The notes under the pieces: generated by a model
Told to the model about the DNA's origin: nothing
Database searches by the model: none
What the model saw: only the letters and a program-made list of their open reading frames with translations
DNA from: Octopus vulgaris
Taxonomy: Eukaryota
Direction: 5' to 3'
NCBI GenBank assembly: GCA_951406725.2
Contig: OX597819.1
Span: 131,626,001 to 131,690,000, forward strand
DNA: 64,000 nucleotides
In this document: one piece after another, positions 52,850-64,000 of the stretch
How positions within the stretch are numbered: position 1 is the stretch's first letter
Layout: every line of letters starts with the position of its first letter
Made by a program: the position numbers and the translations under genes

Positions 52850-53180
52850 CTTCTCTACTCTTTGAAGGGGTTATGGGGTACGACTCCCCCTCCATATCAA
52901 AAGCAAGCATCTCTTTCCAGCTGGATTTCCTTGCATGGCCAACTGAGATTCTGGATATTCTCCAACCATTTCATGCCCCTAGATCTCCCACTAGTTGGCT
53001 TGGCTCAAAAAATCTCTCTTGTGTTTTCTTTCTGCAACATTCTAATAACATGTCCATAGTTCTGCAGCTGTGACCTTTCAATGTGGAGAGGTGGTCGCCA
53101 GGAGAGACCAGCTTAATCTCTGAGCAACACACCCTGCTGAGTAACATTACTCCAGAGATCTTTCAGGAGAACCCCATCTT
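52850..53180 (-). mobile_element. Old RTE-type RT C-terminal fragment
   Basis: Minus strand gives HIERSQLQNYGHVIRM...GRSRG. Confidence 0.6.
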
Positions 53181-53463
53181 CTAATTCCATTCACAACACT
53201 TTGGCTGGCCCAAGGCCATAGTAGAAGACACTTGCCCAAGGTGCCACAGTGCCATTGCACCTGACACCATGTGAAGGTAACAATGTCGATCCATCTGTTG
53301 GCATCAGTGCCTCTAGAGAGATGAATGGGCTGTTGCATCAGTTGATTGGGTCTGAAAGGTGAAGACGTACAGACACACACACACACACATCTGTTGGAAT
53401 CAGTCAGTCTGGTGTTAGACTGAACCAAACTGTCACTTTGTGGATCTGTGTTCAAATCAATGG

Positions 53464-54157
53464 AATCATCATTCTCATCATCATCGTTTAACGTCTGTTT
53501 TCCATGGTGGCATGGGTTGGACGGTTTGACTGGGGGTCTGGGAAGCCAAGAGGCTGCACCCGGCTCCAGTATGATCTGGCAGTGTTTCTACAGCTGGATG
53601 CCCTTCTTAATGCCAACCACTCCAAGTGTGTAGTGGGTGCTTTTTTACGTGCCACTGACATAGGAGTCAGAGGGGGTTGGCATCAACCACAATCGGATGG
53701 TGCTTTTTACGTGCCACCAGCACATTGATCACAACTACAATTTCCATTTGATTTGATTTGATTTTGATATACTTGACTCAATAGGTCTCCTCAAGCATGG
53801 CATGTTGCCCTATGATCCAAGGTACTTTTGAGTGGGCTGGTTATGCAACACTGGTGTGGGTTACAGCTGTGAACTCACTTTATTTGCGGGTTTTCTCAGT
53901 CTCAGTATATCTCCAGAGGTCTCGGTCTTTCGTCATTGCTTCCGTGAGGTCCAACATTTGAAGGTCATGCTTCACCACCTCATCCCATGTCTTCCTGGGT
54001 CTCCCTCTACCAAGGATTCCTTCCACTGTTTGGGAGTAGCACTTCTTCACACAGCTCTCCTCATCCATCCATAGTTCATGAGCATACCAACGCAAACATC
54101 TCTCTTGCACGCCACATCCGATGCTTCTTATGTCCAACATTTCTCTTGGGGCGCTTA
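53464..54157 (-). mobile_element. 5'-truncated RTE LINE
   Basis: ORF 53880-54140 (GRGRPRKTWDEVVKHDL) plus 3' UTR. Confidence 0.9.
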
Positions 54158-54229
54158 CCTACAGATATAACAACGTGAGGTATTTACTACTTTGGTCTCC
54201 TCCATGATGTCAAACTTCTTAACTACACA

Positions 54230-54279
<50 letters not shown>

Positions 54280-55125
54280 AGGAGTAGTTGACAAAAGCAA
54301 ACTGCCAATTCGAAGATCTATGTTCAAATCCCAGAAATACTACGGCCATAACAAGATCCAGTATTCCCTACAAATAGTTAATTTGAATGTCAGTCAGTAA
54401 TTAGAAAGGAGAAAATGGCAAATAATTGAAGATTGATTAAAACCCAATTGTTTTTGAAATACAGCCATTCCTTTATATGATAAATACTTATAGGATGTAG
54501 AGAACAGGTTGTGCTAGGTGTGAATACTCAGGTAGGCAGCAGCCCACCCTCATTATTAATAAAATGTCAAAAGAATTATGATACAATGTGTTTATTGTAT
54601 ACTCCTCTTCCTCATCATCATCATTTAATATCTGTTTTCCATGCTGGCATGGGTTGGATGGGTCAACAGGAGCTGGCAAGGTACAACTGGATATCCTTCC
54701 TAACAGCAACCACCTCACAGAGTGCACTTGTTTTTTTTTTTCTTTCCTTATGTGGCACCATCACCATGTATGTTATACATGTGGATTATAAATTTATCCC
54801 CCCCCACCCCCACCCCTGAATCCACTGACCATGTGGTGGTTGTCCTGGATGTGTTGCCACACCCAATGCCACCAAATTTCAAGCAAGGGTATAACAAAAA
54901 TTCTCCATTAAGATTTGTGATTGAATTAACGAGTAAGATTATTATTCATAATGAATTTGCCATTTTCGAAGGGTGTGCAGCACAGACCTAGCACACCCGG
55001 AATATCCACCCCTGTTCATCTTATACTCATCTAACTTGAGAGTTTGCCCTGGCACCCCATCACTACCCTCTTTCTTCTTTATCTTCATCTTCCCAATTAT
55101 TATTATTCTCCCTTATATATTGTCC

Positions 55126-55310
55126 TGTAAAAAGCACCCACTACACTCACGGAGTGGTTGGCGTTAGGAAGGGCATCCAGCCGTAGAAACACTGCCAGAT
55201 CAGACTGGGCCCGAAGCAGCCTTCTGGCTTCACAGACCCCAGTTGAACCATCCAACCCATGCTAGCATGGAAAGCGGATGCTAAACGATGATGATGATGA
55301 TGATGATGAT
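55126..55310 (+). mobile_element. RTE 3' terminal fragment
   Basis: Family terminus with (GAT)n tail. Confidence 0.88.
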
Positions 55311-55605
55311 AATGTCTGGCAGTCAATGTATCACCTCTCCAGCAAGACACCTGTGCTTGTCCCTCTATCATATTTCAGCCACTCAACACACAGCATAAGG
55401 CCACCCTGCCCTTCTTAAGACTCCCCCTATTTAGACACGGAGGTGTGGGGGGGGGGTGTCTCTTTCCTCTTCTTTTCTGTCTCACAAGTAACTTGGCAAT
55501 CTCAGTGGTGCTGGTGGCAGGAAAAGAAGTGGGTTGCCAGATCCTCTCAAACCATCCACTCCATGACAGCACTGAACACGGATGTTAGAGGATGAGGATG
55601 ATGAT

Positions 55606-55643
<38 letters not shown>

Positions 55644-56109
55644 CATGAATGCATATGCACATATATACATCTGGTGGAATATAAAATGTAAGTTGTAAAC
55701 GAAAGTAAACACTATAAACATACAGAAGATGATGAATAAACACACTGGTATTGATATATGTCACATGCACATACACTTTATAGACATACATACTCACACG
55801 ATATATATATATACATACATACTCACACGATATATATATATACATACATACTCACACGATATATATATATACATACATCATTACTATTGCATAGACCAAT
55901 GTGGAATATTAAAGTCTGGTAAAATGTTGCCAATTGTTGGATAAAATATTCATACATATACATACTTACAGACACACACACTCATACATACACACACACA
56001 CGATCATTTTTAGATAGAAACAAACAAAATGTGTGTTTAATAGTTTTACATCAAATATAATATGAACATTGATTTTGAAAGTGAGGAAATATTTTATCAA
56101 TCTAACATC

Positions 56110-56495
56110 AAAATATCTCTCACTCAACAAGGATGTGGCATTAGAATTTAGAATACTGTGCTATTTACTCTGAGAGAACCTCTTGTATGGACTTGAGGTG
56201 CATATAAGCACTCTCGTTCACATCATTGATGGGTGATAACCATTTGCTATGAATACCGGAACTGCCAGATTATGTGATGTCTTCACTGGACGTCTGTCAT
56301 TGACCAACCCAAGGAAGAGTGAAATAATGTGATCTGGCAGTTCCAGTGGCCGTAGCAGACAGTTAACACCCCTTAATGATAGAAACATGAGTGCTTACAT
56401 GTACCACAAGTCCGCATGAGTGGTTGTCTCATGGTAAAACATGCAGTATTTTGTGTTCTTATGCAGCATCCAATTTTAAATGGAAGATAAATATT
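56110..56495. mobile_element. Fold-back (MITE-like) element with long imperfect inverted arms
   Basis: Nested complementary blocks, e.g. ggaactgccagat / atctggcagttcc and taagcactc / gagtgctta. Confidence 0.75.
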
Positions 56496-56704
56496 ACCTT
56501 TTGGTATTCATTCCGCTTCTGTCGTTATTAATTATCAAAATAGTCGTTTGTTCCTGACTTCTTGTATAAGATTAGCATTGTTTTTATAATGAATTGGAAA
56601 TCACCAGGTTTGTTTTTTTTATATCAATTTATTAATGTTTATAGATTTTGTAGAGGGAAGCAATTTCTACCTTGCCTACTTCTAAGGCATATCCCTGCCT
56701 ATCT

Positions 56705-56840
56705 TGCCTGCACAGAGGGTGTATCCCCCTACAGTGTCTACACAGAGGGCATGTTCCTCCTTACAGTGTCTACACAGAGGGCATGTTTCCCCCCTACTTT
56801 GTCTACATAGAAGGCATATTCCCCCCTACTTTGTCTATAC
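56705..56840. repeat. ~30-33-bp minisatellite, ~4 units
   Basis: acagagggcatgttcc...tacagtgtctac repeated. Confidence 0.85.
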
Positions 56841-58029
56841 ATCTCTGTAAAATCACTAACACAAAAATAAGAAAATATTGTAATTAGGGTGTGTAAGATA
56901 ATTTTGAGTGTAATTTGAGATAAACAAGAAGTGAGAGCATAGCAACAAGTTTTTTTAGCTGAAAGCTGATATCCGATTGCAGATTTCAGGGGATAAGAAG
57001 AGTCTTCAAATAGAATAATGTAATCAGATATCAGGTTGTGTGGAAGAAATCACTTTGGGGTGGATTTATTTATCTTCTAAAAAAACAAAATAGTAATATA
57101 GTGGCCTCGTTATCCATTATGAGCAGAAAACAAATGTTGGCACAGGAAATAAACGATTTTTAAATTAATTAATAATTATGAAACCTTAGGCAAGCAAAAT
57201 TGTTTTGACCACGGAAGAGTTAAAAGAAGAGGAGGGATTGAGGGAAGAAAGGAGGAATACGGAAGGGAAGGGAAAGTGGGGGGAGATTAAATAGTGGTAA
57301 GAACAGCTGCAACGCTAACATTATCCAATGTATTCCTTATGATCACACAGAGGTTCCTCTGCTAATGGAAGGGAGCTCCAATCCAGCCTGGACCCCCACA
57401 TTGTACCATACCAGCATGTAAATTGCAAATACACTTATGAAAGACTAACCATAGTGTTAATCAACCCGCTTGAAATAGCAGCCAAATCTCCCTCAAATCA
57501 TACACTACCATCTTTAAAAATGGACATGTTGGATGGTTGAGTCTTAGATTGCTTGCACAAAGGAAAAACAGGATGGTCAAGGTTGGAATGCTAGTGATTG
57601 TAGATCTTTCTCAATTAGAGTTGACCTGGGATTAAACAAACAACGGTATTATAAACCACACATTCGGTTCCACTTGAAGGTGCAAAACTCTTTCACCCCT
57701 TATAGACCTTCTTTGCCATTCATGCTACACACGATATCCATACAGTACATACATGCAATATCCATGCAATATATACACAATCATCGTCATCATTTAATAT
57801 CCACTTAATGTCTATGCTGGCGTGGGTTGGACAGTTTGAGAGTATCCAATGTGTCTAAGAACTGCATCCTGCTCCAATGTCTGTTTTGGCATGGTTTCTA
57901 TAGCTTGAAGCCCTTCCTAATGCCAACCACCTCACAGTGTAGACTAGCTGTTTTTTTTCATGCCAAACCATCACCATCCTTGCACTTATTCGATCATTTG
58001 ATCCTTGTTTTGTTTCAATTATCCATCAC

Positions 58030-58770
58030 ACCATCATACGATATTGGTGTGTTTACATCCCTGTAGCTTAGTGGTTCAGCAAAAGAGACCAATAGAATAA
58101 GTACTAGGCTTACAAAGAATAAGTCCTAGGGTCGATATGCTCGACTAAAGGCGGTGTTCCAGCATGGCTACAGTCAAATGACTGAAACAAGTAAAAGAAT
58201 CTCAATCAGTCCAGAAGGTTGTGGTACCAACAAAAGCATTAGCCTGCATTGGTACCCCCACCTTCTGGACTCTATAGAACTTCAAGCCATTTGATTAACA
58301 AGAGCTTTGTCAGTCCTGTGTTAACTTCACCTGTGAACTCATGGACATCACCCTTGGCCTAACTCTGACACCCAAGTGCGTGAGTGCAACTGTCCATTTA
58401 TGCTTAGCCGTCCACATCTGAAGCACAACTCTATGGCTTATAACTGTTCTTCCTACAAAGCTGCTTCACTCATAGCCACACTATCACAGGTTGCAGTCAT
58501 GGGTGGACTGTCACCCCAACCATCACTACCATTCATTCACTAAATGAAGGTTGCCAATGCTTTCAAAATCAGCTATTCTTTTATTCTTTTACTTGTTTCA
58601 GTCATTTGACTGTGGCCATGCTGGAGCACTGCCTTTAGTCGAGCAAATCAACCCCAGGATTTATTCTTTATAAGCCTAGTACGGTCTCTTTTGCCAAACC
58701 ACTAAGTTATGGGGAAGTAAACACACCAGCATCAGCTGTCAAGCGATGTTGAGGGGAGGGAAACACACAC
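58030..58770. mobile_element. Two SINE family A 3' halves in opposite orientation (58030-58200 +, 58575-58770 -)
   Basis: Match to the family A 3' region. Confidence 0.8.
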
Positions 58771-58939
58771 TCACATACATATATATTTACTCTCTCTCTG
58801 TTTATTTCCTCGTGTTTCTTTCCATTGAAGAGCATAGGCTCAAAACGTAAAAGAATTTCTCACTTTCCCGAGTGTCAAACTAATACACCTGTCTTCATCT
58901 TTTACTTTTCTGTAAATTTCAACTACCTATATATATATA

Positions 58940-59258
58940 TCATCATCATCGTTTAATGTCCGTTTTCCGCGCTAGCAATGGTTGGACGGTTCGACCGGGG
59001 TCTGGGAAGCCAGGTCTGATCTGGCAGTGTTTCTACAGCTGGATGCCCTTGCTAACGCCAACCACTCCGTGAGTGTAGTGGGTGCTTTTTATGTGCCACC
59101 TGCACAGGTGCCAGGGGAGTCTGGCATCAGCCACGATCGGTTGGTGTTTTTAACGTGCCACCGGCACGGAAGCCAGCCAAGGCGGCGCTGGCATCAGCCA
59201 CGTTCGGATGGTGCTTTTTATGTGCCACCGGCACAGAAGCCAGTCGAGGTGGCGCTGG

Positions 59259-59262
<4 letters not shown>
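58940..59262 (-). mobile_element. RTE 3' UTR copy flanked by (TA)n on both sides
   Basis: Family sequence; (TA)n at 58928-58940 and 59264-59294. Confidence 0.88.
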
Positions 59263-59297
<35 letters not shown>

Positions 59298-59344
59298 GGT
59301 GTGATACAATATTATTATTGGAATAATAATGTATCCTCACCAGA

Positions 59345-61397
59345 AAAAGGGGAAGATGGCTTCTTGTAAATGCTAAAACCTTCTCAGGTGAAGAATGTAC
59401 TTCACAACATAGACTTGTAGGAGCGACTTCAGGATCAGGGCTAAATGGATGCCCAGAAGACGACCAGCATAGAGGAGAAGGAACTGGAAGCTTAAAGATC
59501 CTGCAAATGGACAGAAATTTAGAGACATTACTCGAAGCCTTTGACGAAATAGGGATATAGCATCACATGATGTGGAAGACAACTGGAGGTTTCTACAGGG
59601 ACAACCTGCTGGGAGCCACTGACCAGATCTGTGGCTGGTGCAAAGTCCCCTCTCAACCTAGAATAACGTGGTGGTGGAACAATATTGTAGACAGGGCTAT
59701 TAGACAAAAGAGACAGGCTTGGAAGGACTGGAAGAATGGTGGTAGCAGGGAATTGTATCAGACTGCCAGAAGGGAAGCTAGGAGACAGGTTTATTTAGCC
59801 AGAGGGGAAGCAGATAAGAAAAAATTTGCCAATGTTCTGCACCGTGAGGATCAAAGACTTGAGGTGTTTCGTGTTGCAAGACAGTGTCTGAAAGAGAATC
59901 GTGATGTAGGAGAGAAATGTGTCCGCATGGATGAATGTTCACTTGCACTAGATGAGGCTGCAAAGAGAGAGGTTTGGAGATGCCACTATGAAATGTTGCT
60001 CAATAAAGAGAATGAATGGGAGAAAGAGAGTCAGCCGAATGTCGACCCAGCAGAGGGACCAGCTATCCGAATTGACAGTTCCTTGGTAGATAAGGCAATT
60101 ACAAGCATGAAAACAGGGAAAGCCCCAGGCCCATCAGGAATCACTGCAGAGATGCTCAAAATATCTGGCAGTGTCGGCTATAGCCTAGTCAGCCATATAG
60201 TTAACTAGGTGATACATGAAGGAGTTATACCCAATGACTGGTGTAGTAGCATAATAGTCAACTGCTACAAAGGTAACGGTGATGCTCTAGATACAAATAA
60301 TTACAGAGGTATCAAGTTGTTGGATCAGATAATGAAGGTCATGGAGAGGGTCATAGCCCAACTAATTAGGAAGAGAGTCAGTTTAGAAGAGATGCAGTTT
60401 GGTTTCGTGCCAGGGAAAAGCACCACTGATGCTATATTTCTGGTAAGACAGCTGCAGTTGAAATGCCTAGCCAAAGATAAACCTCTGTACCTGGCTTTCA
60501 TTGACATGGAGAAGGTAATGTTTGTGTGTGGAAGATGCACACAGCTGTAAAACTACAGATACTCAGGAAATCAATTTTCTCAAATGCCTTGGAAGCTCTT
60601 CAGAGGTCGTGAATAATTTCTGCAATCTAGGGGACCTAATCAGGTGGGAGGTGGAGGTGGAATGCATGGAAAGTCTAATTGCTAGAATAAGAATAAGATG
60701 GAGAAAATCCAGGAAGTTTTTTTTTTTTATCTCTGTTGGCAACTAAATGTCTCTTCGAGTGAAAGGAAGATTGTATGATGCATGTATACAAACAATAATG
60801 CTCCATGGTTGTGAGACATGGGCCCTGAATGCAGAAGATAATTGAAGACTAGAGAGGAATGATGCTACTATGCTCCTCTGGATGTGCAGTGTTAGTGTGC
60901 ATGTGTGACTAAGTGCTAATGTATTGAGAGAAAAGTTGGCCATAAGAATTAGATGCTGCTCAGGTTTGGTCATGTGATGCTTATGGACGTAGACAGTTGC
61001 ATACAGAAGTGTTGATCACTTAAAGTGGATGGAACTTGCGGAAGAAGGAGCCCTAGGAAGACATGAGACAAAGCATTGAAGGCTGATGTCTTCTGAGACT
61101 GAGCGTTAGAAAGGAGATTGCAAAGGACTGAGATTTCTTGCTATTCTCTAGAAAACACCACTGCAGAATTGATGCCAGTGTTGGTACCACATTAAAAGCA
61201 CTGGTGCTGGTTGTACATAAAAAGTACCCAGTATAAGCCTGTAAAGTGGCTGGGTATTAGGAAAGGCATCCGGCTGTGGAAACCAAACCAGATCAGACAA
61301 TGGAACCTGGTGCAATCCCTGGCTTTACCAGCTCCTCTCAAACCATCCAACCCATGCCAGCATGGAAAACAGACGTTAAATCATGATGGTGGTGATA
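59345..61397 (+). mobile_element. Chimeric or internally deleted RTE LINE
   Basis: EN end (SQHRL), WWWN, KAPGPSGI, NYRGIKLL, QFGF, AFIDMEK, then a jump at ~60514 to VMFVCGRC and a more diverged C-terminus and 3' UTR. Confidence 0.88.
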
Positions 61398-61412
61398 TGG
61401 GCCGGGGACTTT

Positions 61413-63543
61413 AAGGGTATGAAACCAGGTAAAGCCCCCGGCCCATCAGGTATCACTGCTGAGATGCTTAAAACAGCTGGTTATGTGGGCTATGGCCTAG
61501 TCACCCGTATTGTAAACCAGGTAGTTCATAATGGAGTCATACCCAATGACTGGTGTAGCAGCACCATAGTCAACTGCTACAAGGGTAAGGGTGATGCTCT
61601 AGATAGAAATAACTACAGGGGTATTAAACTGTTGGATCAGGTGATGAAGGTCACAGAGAGGGTCATAACCCATCTCATTAGGGAGAGAATTTACTTAGAT
61701 GAGATGCAGTTCGGTTTTGTGCCGGGTAGAAGCACCACTGATGCTATATTCTTGGTCCGACAACTGCAGGAGAAGTACCTAGCTAAAGATAAACCCCTCT
61801 ACATAGCTTTCGTGGACTTGGAGAAAGCCTTTGACAGGGTCCCCCAATCCCTTATCTGGTGGTTGATGCGGAAACTGGAGATTGACGAATGGCTAATAAG
61901 GGCTGTACAGGCCCTATACAGAGAGGCTGTCAGCAAGGTTAGGATTGGCAATGAGTATAGTGAAGAATTCCGGGTAGAAGTAGGTGTACACCAAGGCTCA
62001 GCCCCCTTTTATTCATCATAGTCCTCCAGGCAATAACAGAAGAATTCAAAACAGGTTGCCCCTGGGAGCTCCTCTATGCTGATGACCTGGCTCTCATAGC
62101 AGAATCACTACCGGAACTAGAAAAGAAATTTCGGGTGTGGAAACAAGGGTTAGAATCAAAGGGCCTTAGAGTCAATGTAGCAAAGACCAAAGTTATAGTA
62201 AGCAGAAAGGCGAACTCAGCACACACCCACTCAGGCAGGTGGCCCTGCTCGATCTGTAGGAAAGATGTAGGTAGAAACTCCATAAGATGCACCAAGTGTA
62301 AGCTATGGACGCATAAGAGGTGTAGCAACATTAAAGGGAAATTAACTGATAAGATAGCTTTCATGTGCAGCAGATGCACAGGGACAATAGACACCACAAA
62401 TACTCAGAAAACAGATTCCATCACACTCCAGGGGGAGAAACTAGAAGTAGTTGATAGTTTCCGCTACCTGGGTGACCAAGTTAGTAGTGGAGGTGGATGC
62501 TCAGAGAGTGTCACCACTAGAATACGAATAGCCTGGGCAAAGTTTAGAAAGCTCCTACCCCTACTGGTGACAAAGGGTCTCTCACTCAGAGTGAAAGGTA
62601 GATTGTATGATGCATGTGTGCGAACTGCCATGCTTCACGGTAGTGAAACATGGGCCGTGACTGCAGACTTGAAAGAAATGAAGCTAGCATGATCCGCTGG
62701 ATGTGTAATGTCAGTGTGAATGCACGACAGAGTGTAAGCACCCTGAGAGAAATGCTGGACATAAGAAGCATCAGATGTGGTGTGCAAGAGCGACGCCTGC
62801 GATGGTATGGTCATGTACTGCGGATGGATGAGGAGAGATGTGTGAAGAAGTTCCGCTCCCAAACAGTTGAAGGAATCAGGGGAAGAAGTAGACCCAGGAA
62901 GACATGGGATGAGGTAGTCAAGCATGACCTCAGAGTGTTGGGCCTCACTGAGGCAATGTCGAAGGACCGAGATCTCTGGAGATGTGCTGTGACTGCAAAG
63001 ACCCGGGATGCTTCCGGCACCAGTTCCGCATAGCCCCTGCCCATTCAAAATACCTTGGGTCCCAGAACATCTCGTTGTGCTTGAGGAGACCTGTTGAGTC
63101 AAGTGCATGTACATGAACAACGAAACAAATATCAATGGAAATAGTAGTTGTGATACCTGTGCCGGTGGCACATAAAAAGCACCATCCGAACATGGCCGAT
63201 GCCAGCGCCGCCTCGGCTGGCTTCTGTGCCAGTGGAACATAAAAAGCACCATCCGAACGTGGCCGATGCCAGCTCCGCCTTGGCTGGCTTCCGTGCTGGT
63301 GGCATGTTAAAAGCACCAACCGATCGTGGCTGATGCCAGACACCCCCCTGGCACCTGTGCAGGTGGCACGTAAAAAGCACCCACTACACTCGCGGAGTGG
63401 TTGGCATTAGGAAGGGCATCCAGCCGTAGAAACACTGCCAGATCAGACTGGAGCCTGGTGCTGCCCCTGGCTTCCCAGACCCCAGTCGAACCGTCCAACC
63501 CATGCTAGCATGGAAAGCAGACATTAAACGATGATGATGATGA
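61413..63543 (+). mobile_element. 5'-truncated RTE LINE with near-complete RT, two frameshifts, full 3' UTR
   Basis: KAPGPSGI, FVDLEKAFD, GVHQG, YADD (62075-62086), C4HC3 finger, YLG, LRWYGHV, GRSRPRKTW; tandem units and (GAT)n tail. Confidence 0.95.
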
Positions 63544-64000
63544 TACATATATAAACACATACACTCCACATTACTAGCAAATACTATTTTAAAATTAATG
63601 AATTTAATTTACTCCATGTATGTGTGTGTATGTATGTATGTATATGTGTGTATCTATGTGTGTATCTATGTATGTGTGTGTATGTCTATGTATGAATGAA
63701 TGTATGTATGCAGATGTGTGTATGCATGTAATCAAGTCATGTCATATTATGAAGCAACCATATTTCTCCACCATTAAATATCTGTGTGGTTTATTTATAA
63801 TACCTTTGGAATGCCTCTCACAACAATGAGTGACCCAAATAAACTGTTTCACTTCTGCTATTTTCTCAGCAGCAAATTAATTTCCATTGAAAGTAACTAA
63901 AAACCTCTAACACGGAAGGACTATACGACAAACACACAGACACACGCAAGCACACATACACACATTCATATCTATCCGTCCATCCATCCATCCATCTACC

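Noticed and set aside
52652-53059. His/Thr and Cys/Val-rich ORFs
   Set aside because: Translations of (CA)n/(TG)n microsatellites, as with many other short ORFs in the track.

Overview
AT-rich, repeat-dense animal genomic DNA. The SINE/LINE repertoire and microsatellite load suggest an octopus or other coleoid cephalopod (inference, not verified). One clearly recognisable gene: a minus-strand ABRA/STARS-like (Costars-domain) coding exon at 26999-27445, flanked by two copies of an exon-like segment of ~215-245 bp. Further along the minus strand (16164 down to 5456) are the remains of an unrecognised spliced gene for a Cys/Trp/Tyr-rich, probably secreted or type II membrane protein, broken by 1-bp deletions, stops, a solo LTR and RTE insertions. 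The rest is mobile DNA: many RTE-clade LINE fragments (their RT carries a PHD-type C4HC3 finger; their 3' UTR carries hairpin-rich ~60-bp tandem units and a (GAT)n tail), two tRNA-derived SINE families, piggyBac-type TTAA MITEs, a Tc1/mariner relic, an R4/Dong-like relic, a Helitron-like element, and Penelope-like inverted fragments, one with a hammerhead ribozyme motif. No CRISPR, rRNA or true tRNA gene. All analysis was by eye; repeat boundaries are approximate.
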